Source of the DNA: Octopus vulgaris
Lineage: Eukaryota
DNA length: 64,000 nucleotides
Assembly (NCBI GenBank): GCA_951406725.2
Contig: OX597814.1
Span: 13,578,001-13,642,000 of the forward strand
Direction: 5' to 3'
A program made the position numbers and the translations under genes. The notes below the pieces were generated by a model that saw only the letters and a list, made by a program, of their open reading frames with translations, searched no databases and was not told where the DNA came from. Positions 12,100 to 25,385 of this stretch are shown here, one piece after another (positions within the stretch are counted from its first letter, which is position 1; each line of letters opens with the position of its first letter).

Positions 12100-15000
12100 A
12101 AGGTAAATATAAATTAGATAATACATATATAGTCCAAGAATAATAAGCGAAAGCTCTTTAACTTATTACGCAAAAATACGAAAAATTCCAAGTGCAAAAC
12201 ATGTTTATACCAGAAAGGAACGGACCGGTCCCCTACGAAAATGAAGGGCCGGCCGTTATTCCTGACGTTCCTCAAATAAAATTGATAAATGATAAATGGA
12301 TATGAAAGGAATACATTTTATTCTACACGCTTATTTTACAGCAGCAGTCTACGCACACAAAAAAACCCATCATATACATATAAAAAATCTGGCAGAAAAA
12401 TAACCCAGATAAATCGATGAATCTTTAAAAAAAGCCAACAAAAGGAGGTGCATTCTCACAACAAAACAAACAATCTGAAGCCGAAATAGAACATTTAAAA
12501 GGAAGTGAAAACGCAATTGGCACCTATGGAACAATACCTAATAATAACATAATTACTGAGATTATAGAACATAAGGATTGACGTAACACGGAACAAAAAA
12601 TCGGTATCAAAACAACAAACAAAATATATAGGAATCCATAATGATAACCTAATAGTGTGCTTGGGCTATCATTATGGATTCATTAAAAGAACAATGCAGA
12701 TAAAAGTATATAATGGATAGTGTATGGAACGAACCTAAAAACTGGAAACAATGAAAGCGAAAACCATGAGTATAATACTCTAAAATGAGAATAATCAAGG
12801 TATTAAAAGCCAAAGAACTCAGCATGGACTTCCAAAAAAATAAACATCATAAACGTGGCCGCCACAGAACTAATAGCAACAGAAAGAAATTTCACTACGA
12901 TTAGACTAAACGAAATAATATATGCAACATCTTTTTTGGCAACAAACAAATTGGATACTCCCTCAAATCCATCCAAATATGAGTAATAGAACTTAAACAA
13001 AAGCTATAGAAAATAATTTACGGATAAAATATAAAATAACATAGATTATCCGTCAATCTTCAAAGAAAGTAGTAGGCAAACGATAACAAGAAAAAAAGAA
13101 AAATGCTACAGAAATGAAATAGATCAAATTATTCCTAAGGTAAAAGAATGGCTAAAGCAAGATAACCAAAGCACAAAGAACCCGTCGGTAATAGAAACGT
13201 CAATGATCTTTTGAACAAAACAAACATTTCAGATCTGATCAAAAACGAGTCTTCCAAGAACTTGTTAAAAATAACAAAAGAATATCAATGCGGCAACATC
13301 AATATAAGAGATGGATTGATTTGGGGGAGATTTTGGTGGGCAAAGGAAGAGCTCCAGAAGATATCTATTAAAGCAACAAACACAGTATCTGAACAACTCT
13401 GGATAACTATAAAAATGGAAGAGATCATCCAGGGACTGCAAAATATAAAAAATTGTCAAGATCCACAATTTCTGGCTAAAATATTTAAAAGAGATATGCT
13501 GGCCGATAAAAATAATACACTGAGATGCTAGCAGAGCTAGAGACAACACCTGAGTATCTCACAAAGCGGAAAATTATCCTAACGTCCGAATCCACTAAAA
13601 CAACAATCCCACAAAACTGGAGCTATAACATGGATCCCTATAATTTATAAAGCTTTAACTGCAACACTATTGCGGGGAATGGACAGATATCTAAAAGAAA
13701 ACAACTTGTTTCCAGAAGAACAGAAGTAATGATGCAAAGGCTCATATGACTGTAAATATCTGTTATTGATCAATACAGCCATAACAGAAGACAGGTGAAA
13801 GAAAAAGAAGGGTGCAAGCATGGCCTGGATCGATTAATGAAAGGCTTTTGACAGTATTCTCCACACATGCATCTTGGAAATACTAGTCATGAACAGAGTA
13901 CCGCCAACAATAATAAAATATATAAAACTTCCCATTAATAAATGACAAAGACTATTGCAGCTCCAGACAAAACAACAAATTATGAAAACTAAAGCCATTC
14001 TTATCAAAAAAAGAAATATTCGAAGCACAAACACGCGCGCGCGCACACACACACATACACACACACACACACACACTCCCTCTCTCTCTCTCTCCCTCTT
14101 TCTCTCTCCATCTCTCTCTCTCCAATCCTTCTCTGCTTGGCACTGGCGCCTTTAACTGACATTCTACACAGAACTGGATGTAGATACAAGTGTTACAGTA
14201 ACACAATCTCTTATATATGGATGATCTGAAATTACATGCTGCAAATGATAAACGACTAGAAGCATTACTACAGACAGTGCACTGATTTACCAAATACATA
14301 ATTATGAAATTTATTAGAAAAAATGTGCCAAAGCAACCTTGAAAAGACGAACGAGTAACAATATCACACTAGCGACAGAAAATGAAATAAGAGGATTAGA
14401 CCAAACCAGACATTAAAATGCTTAAGAATCAATTAACGAGATATGTTACAACACACAAATGAAAGAGAAGTTAAAGAATGAATGCTGCAGACAAGATTAT
14501 TACTTACAAGGTAACTCAAAGCGAAAATCAAGATAATAGGCGTCCATCATTCTAGCTTTCTCAGTTATACATTACACTTACAATATTCTTAATTGGAAGC
14601 GAAAGGAATTAACACTGCTAGACAGGAAAACAAGAAAAATAAGGGCGGAATTTGGAATACATCGCCCATAATCCGACATAATAAGGTTATAGATACAACG
14701 AATTGAAGGTGATAGAGGAAATATACCATAAAATGACCACCATTAGATGCCGGAAATTTTCTATTGAGAAATGTGCTAACACTATAGAATGAGAAAATAA
14801 AAAGGGTTTTATAAGCATATCAGAAAATGTCTCAAAAAATTACACAGCAGCCATACTCTGGGATATCCTAATACACACATATATAGAGATTAAGGCTAAT
14901 AGAGCGGATATAGTAAAACATTATCTCGTAGAAAGCTTTCTAATTGACGCATCAATCCCAACATATGATAATGTATTTCTAATAGAAACGGAGAAACTCT

Positions 15001-15110
15001 CAAAAAACCAATGTCTCGAAATAGAGGTACCCCGAATGTAAAGCATAAAAAAGAAATAATCCCTACAATAACAGGTACATTATGTATAATAAAAAAAAAC
15101 ATACAGGCAA
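12100..15110 (+). mobile_element. Degraded R4/Dong-like non-LTR retrotransposon (RT + restriction-like endonuclease)
   Basis: Broken frames give NNLFPEEQK..GSYDCK.LLLIN, SMAWID..KAFDSILH and LSPILLCLALAPL..YMDDLKLHA. The C-terminal part reads LIDASIP..ETEKLSK..LEIEV. 5' boundary approximate. Confidence 0.8.
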
Positions 15111-15207
15111 ATACATATATGATATATGATTTATAAAATGGTGTAACATACTAATAAATATCTGTAAATATGAAACCATCTAGATTTCTGAGTACCTCAT
15201 TTTTTAT

Positions 15208-15299
<92 letters not shown>

Positions 15300-15630
15300 T
15301 GCGTGATCCCCCTTCTGTCATTAATGACCATGGGATTACACCTAGAATTTTACCCACCGAGGCACAAGTCCGGGCAAGATTATATATGGAATATTTGTGG
15401 AAGGGCAGCAGCCGCCCCTGTATACCGGCCTCCCCTCTCCACACCGCTGTTGTTATCCAAAGGAAAGGCAAAGGCCGATACAGCTTGGCACCAATGATGT
15501 CGCAACTCGTACAGCTCAGTCAACTGGAGTAACGTGAAATATAGTGTCTTGCTCAAAAACACAACACGCAGTCCGGTCCGGGATTCGAGCTCAGAACCTC
15601 ACGATCGTAAGCTCGACGCTCTAACCACTG
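15300..15630 (-). mobile_element. tRNA-derived SINE with CORE-like domain (family B)
   Basis: Minus strand reads TCAGTGGTTAGAGCG..GAGCTCGAATCCCGG..TTGAGCAAGACACT..CACGTTACTCCAGT. The head is similar to 57505-57820. Confidence 0.75.
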
Positions 15631-18378
15631 ATATGATAAATATTCATCGGTATGATAAATATGTGAAACCACCCTAATGCAGGATGTATATTATGTGTGT
15701 TGTTCAATGAAATGAAAAGTAAATATATTGAAATAAAAATTATTTGCTGCTTAATTATAATGATCTATTCTGTATGTATCATCATTACGACGAAGCTATG
15801 TATTTCGTCTCAGGGCATCAATAATATCATTTCAATTGGGGATGTCTGTATTTTCAAAGCATGTTAAATCTTTATTTTCATATACACCAACGATCTATTT
15901 CTCTTTCTTTTTTTCTCTCTGACATGTCAGTGAAACTGTCGCGCAATTTATTCTCAGTTTGCATTGCTTGATGCTGATGTATAAATCAAGGTAACTATTC
16001 AAATACTCTAATGTTTCGTGAAATGAATCTTGAGATATAAAGAGATATCCAAAATGCGACAAAATACTCAGTCAAAATTAATGACACTGTCTCAATAAAC
16101 AAGTCTTTACTTTATGAACATTACAAGAAATTTGCTCTAATAAAACTTTTTTTGTACTTAAATTCACGCGAGGTTCATGTTTTCTGATTTTTACATTGAC
16201 TTTACCTTAAAAAAATTTGTGGCAAAGAAATATGTGTCTCTCATATTTCCTTCCCATATTCACTCTACGTATTTCATTTATAGCTTAGGTTTGATATAGC
16301 GGAGGAATTATTTTCCATAATATATTTTACTCTTCCACTAACGTACATGCAACTGGAGAATCCCCGAAAAGATTTATACACCAACTGTATGAACTTTATC
16401 TTTCATATAGAGATTTATGACTTTCTATAGTATGTATAGTGTATCAAAAACGCAGTTAAAAAATATAAAGGGAAATGAACTAGAGTAATAAAACCTTGCG
16501 ATATATAACAGCCAAGAAAATAATTAATGGAATATGTAGCCTTCATACGTTACACCTAAGAATGACAATTCCAAAACTGCAATAATGCCTTCTATTTGGA
16601 GAGTGTTGATAGGAGATGGAGATATTTTTTTTATGTGTTACAATAAGGAAAAACTACGTGAGAGAATAAGGTATGAGCAGATTTCCATTTTCATTTTAAA
16701 AAGCAACATATACGCTCGCATTCCAAACCGTAGAGACATGTATATATACATGAAATATCTTTATTAACTTTGCGTGAAGCGGCGGAATGTTGGGTACACC
16801 CATTTATATTTTTTGTGCAGGTTATCATTCTTCAGTTGTGCATATATCATTTCTTTTTCTGACCTTGTCTACCACTTTGCGTTTTAATCGAAGTACTAAT
16901 TCACTACAATTCTATAATGAAGTATTAAATTCCCGAATTTCCATTAGTAATCAAGTGATGTAAAATTAATACCACACTACTCTGCTATTTGGTGGTGACA
17001 TTTAAGGACGTATTACACCTAAACTCAGACCTAACTACTATTAAGATGGTAGATGCTATACGAAGTATCTCAGTGGAAGTATATCATATAAGTTCTTTTC
17101 AATAATTTATTTAACATGTACGATTATATAGCAGTAGTTTGTATATTTGGACATCTGTCATCTTGTTTTTTTTTTGTGTAGAGCAAAATATCTATAGGAC
17201 TTTAACAATTTCAATATATCAGAATTTAATTGTCAATCCATTCCTATTTAAGAAGAGTCTGAAATTAAAATGGTCTCGATTTGGCGGGGAAAAAAACTTT
17301 GATACTTTTATATTTGCAGACCGTCGTAAAACAACAATAGACAAAAAGAAAGAGACCCTTCCGTTCTACGTATCAGCATATTGGATATTATATTAATCAC
17401 TAACCTGCAATATTGAAGGCCGTACGGAGATGAAGCAATGCATTTAGTGTACATGAAATCTGTTTACCGCAAGGATCCATTGCTCTTTGAAAGAAACAAT
17501 TCTAGATCGATATACACCATCAATATTGTTTATATTAAACAATATCGATGGCGTATATGGATCTAAATTTTTTTTCTTATCTTGAACAAAACTTGTATCA
17601 TGTAAATTCTATAAATACAAACACTCGTTGACTGATTTTATAATGAACTACCTGTCCATTTAGAGAAGGAAATTTATTTATTTATATATTTTTGTGGGAT
17701 ATAAATGTTCCTGCGATTTCAGCATTTCTTCTCAATTAAAAAAAAATGATCATCAATTATTTGACAATCAGCGTCAGCGTCAGTTTCAGTTTCTAATTGT
17801 CAATGCTTTTTATGGATATGACAACTCTCTTTCCTTTTAATTAGCTATAATTTGAAGTGAGCATATTTTTAACCAATCAAGATGTGTGTGCTCAAGAGTA
17901 TGATGTGATAAAGTTAACTGTTTAGCGGCATGTGTATGCGAAACACTTAGTTGGCTTATTTCACCCGAAACGAAACCAATATGCGTCAACTGAATAATTT
18001 AAGGAATACTTAATCAAATGGATTTCTTATTTAAAAGGAAAGTTGCAATCAAGTATTAGTTTAAAACATACCAACAAAAGGGTTTCCTCCATTCCGGATA
18101 TAAATGTGATTAGATATAAATTAGCATCTGTTTGATATATTAAAGGCTGATGAACTATCTCTGCTTTTACAAGTAGCATATTAAATACGATAAACCTTAT
18201 GCAGAAACTTGGAATGAATTATTAGGCATATGCAAATTAACTTGTTCTCTAATAAAAGTTTTTTCTTGTAAAATTAAAAGACTATTGACTTTAAAACTAA
18301 CGGTAAAATTTCAAATGAATTAAATTTTTTTTTATGTATCTATTAATTACAATGTTTAGTTTTATTGATAACTATATA

Positions 18379-18943
18379 CGAGGTTGAGTCAAAAGGTAAT
18401 GCCATTTTGTTTAGGACAGGTATAATTACCAACACAGGAACATGTATCATACATCAAAATGAAACTGGTCCTCTATGGATTACATCCCTGCTTTTCAACA
18501 TAGTCACCGTTTCTCTCAATAGCAATGTTTCACCTTCGAATGAGAGTATGTATCCCTGTCCCAGAAATGTCTGCTGACTATTCTTTGAGCCACTTCTTCA
18601 CTACAGTTTTCACTTTCTCGTCACTGGAATAACGTTTGCCTCTGACGCCCTCTTTCCTGTGGCCGAAGAGATAATAGTCCAGTGACGATGATAGTCCAGT
18701 GACGAGGAAGAGAAAACTGTAGTGAAGACGTGGCTCAAAGAAGAGTCAATAGAATTTACGGGGCCAGGATACATTCTCTCATTTGAAGGTGGATCATTGC
18801 TATTGAGAGAAACGGCGACTATGTTGAGTTGTAGGGATGTGACTCTCAGAGGATCAGCTTCATTTCGATGTATGATACATGCTCCTCTGTTGGTAATTAT
18901 AGCTATCCTAAACTAAATGGCATCACTTTATGACTCACCCTCG
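18379..18943. mobile_element. Mariner-derived foldback element built from two 3' ends
   Basis: TIRs CGAGGTTGAGTCAAAAGGTAATGCCATTT / AAATGGCATCACTTTATGACTCACCCTCG with TA on both sides. Both arms encode the mariner C-terminus (SDE..KTVVK.WLKE..IAIERNGDYVE) in opposite directions. Confidence 0.85.
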
Positions 18944-20467
18944 TACATTATAATTGTTCAAATATCTTTACTCTTTCGGAAACTTTATGTAATTATGTAA
19001 TTAAAGTGCTTACGTATTTTGTTTTGAATTTGCAAGGGACATTTTATTTAGTGGACATAGAAATTGCTACGTAATCAGGCAGGTATGCTTTGAAATAAAA
19101 AGACTGTTTGATTACATAATTTGCAAAATACTGCAATTAGTGATCTATAATTTCGTGACTGATTTTATGAGCGAGAATAGTGTCGCATCATATACATAAT
19201 TACGAAGTAATGTTTGTTTATTGAAATACATTTACTTGGAAATAGCAATGAAAATTGACACTGTTTTTGCAACATACGAACGCATTTATGTTGAGATTTA
19301 TCACATAACCTTTATGGTTTAAATTCACCTTCACACAGAGAATTTAGTTTTGTATTATAGATACTGTGGACAGCTTCCCATTCCATTGCTAATATATGTG
19401 ACCTGGTACAGCAATAAATTTCGACAGCCAAATAAATCCAAGAAGTGATTGTCATGCTGTTGTATACAAAAGATCATAGAAAAAGTTTGGAGCAATGCCT
19501 CACTTTCAAAACAAGTATTAGATTCCTAATAGAGAAACAAACTCAAGTGGCACAACCAAGAACGTATTTTGTAGAGCAGTGAGGTGTCATACCAGTTACT
19601 CGAGCATTAATATATATAGCGGCGATTTCACATTTTCTAGGATAGTTGCCTCGACATCTGGCACTTAATACACAATTCACTCACATTATCAGATCATGTG
19701 AGAAATATATATTCACTCGTACGTTTGACAAATTGTACCAGAGGCGGAAAAAGAATTTACCTCGTATAGGGAATACTACCACAAACATATTATACAAATA
19801 TTAGGAATTACTTTTAGCCTTTTAATTAGAATGCCTTGTTCGTTATTCCTGTCAATTAATGACAATCAATTTATACCATGTAATTGAACGAAAACTTTGC
19901 TGAATTTAAAAAAGCAATCCATTATATACATGAAATGATATGCTGATATAACATTAAAACAATTAAATATGATTGACGTTATTGTCGTAAATTTGTGATA
20001 TGATATTCACTAGTACAATGACTACTGGCTTACATTAAAAAACATTAAAATATTTGAAATTTAGTTGCAGATTAATATCGCACGTGTATGAAAGATATTA
20101 TTCTTCCTGATTTCAATCAATAGGATGCTCATCATAATATTTCTGAACACGCAGAATATACAAAGTCATACATGCAAAGAAAGGATATCTTATTTTCCGA
20201 TGAGTTAAAAGAATTAAATAGTCTTTCATCAATTGAAATATCTAATACGGCAAATTAGGTATCACAACGCCGAATAATGCGTGTTCTTATTTGATTGGAA
20301 AATTCGATACTGAAATATTCCGAAAATGTAAATTTCTGTCAGAAAATAATCGACAAGTTGTTGTTTCACACGTCGCAAACGAGAATAAATACGTATGTTA
20401 ACACGAATACCCATAATATGTACATAGTTATACGCGAGTGTTGTCAAATGAGATTATGCTTGAATTA

Positions 20468-21770
20468 CACTAGGCAACAAATATTTTGTTATAGAAGACC
20501 AAATAAATGCTCTTAAATAATTTCACTACGCTGATTTCAAATCTATAATTAGATTTCTGTCACATCACTGAGTAAAATTTCTTACCACGTTCAGATTTGA
20601 TTTTAATCGTCTTAATGGCAGTAATATGAAACTTGATTTTGAAGCTTAAAGCAAGTTTTGTTTGCCAGCTATATACAAATTCTAAAGATTTTGTTCAATA
20701 AATTTTTTTCCGAGTTGAACATCATAACGGCCTCATGGTCAAACGCTACGTGACAGACAAGTAGAGCAGTTGTTGAAGTTCATCTGAAAATTCTTCTAGT
20801 GATATAGAAATAGGGAAAGATCTCTTATATGGGAAGACGTCAAGATGATATCAGTGGTCTGATGGAAAGGATTGGTTTTCGCTATGATCTAAAAGAATGG
20901 AAATTGTTCATGGACTCTAGCCTTAAATCAGTATTACTGCACAACGGCAATGCCGACCCTTAATACCTGTAGCGCATGCCACTGGCATTAATGAAACTTA
21001 AGTTTAAAGGACAAATTGAAAGGGATAACGACAGATGCTAAGCTACGAACCTAGAGTTTTCACTGGGCCACAGATCCCCAGTGTCATCTATGACTCATCG
21101 TTTCTGTCTAATTTAAATGAGAATGAACTAGGTGTATAGAGATCTTTTCTTGAAGATGTCAAACATTTTCTTGGAAACAACAGAGCTGAAATTCACAGTG
21201 AAATCGTAGTAAACATGCCTTAGCAAAAGATGGGATGTAGATTATCGTTCAAAATACATTTTTTTACTTTCCATCTTGACTTCTTCCCGGCCAAACATGG
21301 GGCTGTGACTGATGAGCATGGTGACCTATCTCACCAACAGATTACAATTAGGTAATTTGAACCCAAATGTAATGGGATATTGTTGTTGATTCATGCAGAA
21401 TGAGAGCTTGTTGTCCTACAAGCTACAAAGGAAGAGGAAACACCAACGTTTCACATAAGTACAAGAAGTTGCCTCTCCGTAGTAACAACAGAATACGAAA
21501 GCGCTTGAGTAGATGGTGGGTCGCAGGGGTGGTAACTCCGCCAGCCGGAGAAAAGAGGAAAAACGTACTTGTTCATTTATTATTTACCTATGCTTAACAT
21601 AAAACGTGGCACGAGAAAGTAGCTTAGACAGCTTTCGTAATACAAGCGGCTGAGAAAAATGGAAGAAAAATAGCGGTTTTCTTTACACAAAACCCGCACG
21701 CGATAGGGAAATTTAGATATTAAATCTAAAGTTAATATTAAAAATTTTGTATGAATGAGTTGTTTACGTG
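20468..21770 (+). mobile_element. Degraded, internally deleted Chapaev3-like DNA transposon
   Basis: Begins CACTAGGCAAC. Remnant peptides EWKLFMDSSLKSVLLHNGN, FTGPQI, FLGNNRAE and HLDFFPAKHGAVTDEHG are homologous to the element at 46605-49448. Right end uncertain. Confidence 0.7.
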
Positions 21771-21917
21771 TGTGTAGCAAACAATATTTCAAATCTGTTA
21801 CCGATTGTTATATATCTATAAAGTTGTTCGTTATTATTCTTTAGTTTTCCACTTACACACACGCGCGCAAACTCTCAAATCGCACGCACACACATACATT
21901 CATAAATACATACATAC

Positions 21918-21979
<62 letters not shown>

Positions 21980-22989
21980 ATATATATGCAGAGAAAGAAA
22001 GGGAGAGGGAGAGAAAGACAGACAGAGGCACATATTCTATATGTATGATGCTCATCGTAAGATCGTGAGATTGTCGTTTCGATTTCGGGCACGTGTTTAA
22101 TTTTACGTTGCTCCAATTCACAAATCTGGCAAAAAGTGGACCATCGTCCTGTGCAGCATGATGGAATATTTACGCACCCGAATTCGGGAAACCGGCCTTA
22201 TAGGGGCATGGCTCGGGAGGAATAGTTGCTAATATCTCTCTATATCTGTCTGTGTATCTATCTGTGTATATATATATATAAAGAAATAGAGAGAGAGAGA
22301 GAGAGAGGATGGAATTGGTGTTAGATAGATTTGAGATTTGTATTATTGTGCGCACATAAGGACAGATATCAGTGTATGCATGTATATGGCTGCTAGGTAT
22401 TTCCGTACACATAAAATCTGGGGACATTTAAGCAAAATGTCACTAAAAATGTTAAGACTGAAAAATTTGTAATGTATAGATTTTGACTTCACTGTTCGGT
22501 TTCCATTTCTCCTAATTTTCCTCTTGGTTTCATTATTTATCTGTTTAGATATAGCTATGACATGAATTGTTGCTCTTACAATGCTAATTCTGATAATTCA
22601 TGAATTATGAAATACAACTACGCATGGAAATGTATGTAAACAGCTTAAAGAGAGAATATTTTACCGAATTACTATCACTGTCAATAAAATAGACATTCAC
22701 AAATAAACACATGCCTGAATGTATCTGTATGCTTGTATGCGCGTGCCTAAGTGTAAAAGTCGCGAAATATTTCTCGTAGAGAAGATCTATCCAAATTGTA
22801 ACAATTTTGCCTTCTTGCATTCCGAATTTTTCAACACTTAACCAAAACATGTCTCTGTGGAGCAACAGAATGTTTGTATTCTAAGAAATAATGGAAACCT
22901 TTTTTTTTATTATGCCTTCGTCAATATTAAAAGTATCGTTTCTACATTTTTTAAAAATAATTTTGTTCCGCTCTTTCCTGTTCGTTCTA

Positions 22990-23520
22990 CAGGGTCAGGC
23001 AAAATGATCTGACATATTTGTAGGTAAAATAAAAGGCAAATGAAGTAAAAAAACAAAAAAGTGTTTTTATTTTTGAAAAGTACATATAATGCCATTTTGT
23101 TTCATTATGTTTTAAAAATTAAATCAGTCAAATGGGATCCATTATTGTCCACACACTGTCGAAGGCGTTCACGAAAGTTGTCAATAACTCGGCGGGTCAT
23201 TTCATGTGGAATGGCAGTAATTTCTTGACGAATTGCATCTTTAACCTGATTTTCGTTTCAATGCAGATCCAGTAGCTCTGAAGTTGGTAACACATAACAA
23301 GATCGTGTTTCGAGCTGGTACGGGATCATGTCTACCAAGATTGAAGTGCAAACGGAACGCTCTTTGTGTTGCAGTTACAGAATCGTTTGTTTTGATAAAC
23401 GTTTCCACAATGAAAGCGCGATGCTCACCAGTCCAATTCATGGCAGCAACTGAAAAAGAAACGAAAAACAATGCCTTTTATTTAACCTGCAAATGTGTCA
23501 GATCATTTTGCCTGACCCTG
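22990..23520 (-). mobile_element. Internally deleted Tc1/mariner-superfamily element (DUF4817-type HTH N-terminus, maT-like)
   Basis: ~50-bp TIRs CAGGGTCAGGCAAAATGATCTGACA with TA TSD. The N-terminus MNWTGEHRAFIVETF..TQRAFR is fused to the C-terminus DAIRQEITAIPHEMTRRVIDNFRERLRQCVDNNGSHL. Confidence 0.85.
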
Positions 23521-24244
23521 TATAATATTTAAGTGGATAAGCGTACATTTGTCTTAATTTTTCAGATAAAAACTTTTACTCAGTTTACAACAAAAATACT
23601 GAAACCGAAAGTGAAAGAGCAGATATATTTGATATTTCTTGCTAGTAGTTTAAAAAGTTCCTTTTATTCCATCATCTGAGTTGATATGTCAATTTAAAAC
23701 AGGTATATTTTCCAAATCTCGTAAAATTTTCAATGATAACGTGTCCAGTACTGACAGAATGTTATATACTAACCAGTAAATAAAAAAAATGGAGATGTAT
23801 TCTACAAAGACATATAAAATTATTCTAAGAATAAAGATTCTCAGGTATATTAACAATATACGCACGTTCTCGGATTATCAGTGAAAAGAGTCATGTGCCA
23901 AGTGGAAAAATATAAGAATGGAAATTTTATTGGGAAAAGAGAAAAAAGAGATATAGCATAAACTGAAATGAATTGAGCTAGTGAAAATGAAGTAAAAAAT
24001 AATGCTAATAGGGCAATGCAAATAACTATGATTTGTTGTGAATATAGAACGAAAAACATCTCCAAATTTGCATAGCGAAGTTTGTATAATCATAAAGTGA
24101 ATTTTAATGAGTAAGTAAATGTAAAACAAGCTACCAAATGTAAAACAAGCTGCTGTTGAATTTTGAAATTGAAAGACAAATGCATACAGACAAATCAATT
24201 CCCTTTCAAAGACTTCAAAACAAGCGAATATTAATATTTGGGTT

Positions 24245-25180
24245 CAAATTTTGGCGCAAGGTCAGTAAGTTGAAGTATGGTGACAAGTCGATCACGTCTA
24301 ACCGATGCTCAAATGGAGTGTATTTCATCGGCCCCGAGAGGATAACGGGTAAATTTGCTCGCGGTGGAATTCGAACCAACAGAGTAAGGACAGACGAAGT
24401 GCCATTAAGTATTTTGCCCGGCGGGCTAACAATTCTGCCAACTATTGGGGGAGGGGGCCAGTCGATTAGAGCGACCCCAGTACGCAACTGGTACTTAATT
24501 TATCAATCCCATAAGGATCATAGGGAAAACTGACCTCGGCGGAATTTGAATTCAGAACGTAAAGACAGATGACATACCTATTTATTTACTACCCACAAGG
24601 GACTAAACACAGAGTGGACGAAAGAGGACATACAAACGGATTAAGTCGATTATATCAACCCCAGTGCGTAATTGGTACTTATTTAATCGACCCGGAAAAG
24701 ATGAAAGGCAAAGTCGACCTCGGCGGAATTTGAACTCAGAACGTAGCGGCAGACGAAATACCTATTTCTATACTACCCACAGGGGGCTAAATAAACAGAG
24801 AGGACAAACAAGGACAGACAAACGGATTAAGTCGATTATATCGACCCCAGTGCGTAACTTGTACTTATTTAATCGACTCCGAAAGGATGAAAGGCAAAGT
24901 CAACCTCGGTCTAATTTGAACTCAGAACGTAGCGGTAGACGAAATACCTATTTCTTTACTACCCACAAGGGGCTAAACCGGGAGACGACAAACAAGGACA
25001 GACAAACGGATTAAGTCGATTACATCGACCCCAGTGCGTAACTGGTATTTAATTTATCGACCCCCGAAAGATTAAAAGGCTAAGTCGACCTCGGCGGAAT
25101 TTGAACTCAGAACGTAACTGCAGACGAAATACCGCTAAGTATTTCGCCCGGCGTGCTAACGTTTCTGCCAGCTAGCCGCA
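24245..25180 (-). mobile_element. SINE family C: one degenerate copy plus one copy with four ~185-bp tandem internal units
   Basis: Anchor GACCTCGGCGGAATTTGAA(C/T)TCAGAACGTA recurs at 24532, 24716, 24902 and 25087. Head GCGGCTAGCTGGCAGAAACGTTAGCACGCCGGG at ~25180. Confidence 0.85.
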
Positions 25181-25203
25181 TTAAATAAATAATGATAAGC
25201 TGA

Positions 25204-25385
25204 TGGCGGTGGGCTGCAAAATTCTTAGCACGCCAAGCGTAGTGCTTAGGAGCTTTTCATCTGTTCTTACGTTCAGAGTTCACATGCCGCCGTGGCCGTT
25301 ATTGCCCTTCGTCCTTTCGGAGTCGATAAAATAAATACTAGTTGAAAACTGGAGTCGAAATCGTTGGTCTTCAGCCAAAATTTGA
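25204..25385 (+). mobile_element. Degenerate SINE family C copy, head-to-head with the preceding one
   Basis: GGCGGTGGGCTGCAAAATTCTTAGCACGCC..GAGTTCACATGCCGCCG..CCTTTCGGAGTCGATAAAATAAATAC. Confidence 0.7.

Noticed and set aside
24445-25180. CRISPR-like regularly spaced repeats
   Set aside because: The whole ~185-bp unit repeats with no unique spacers, there are no cas genes, and the context is a eukaryotic SINE.
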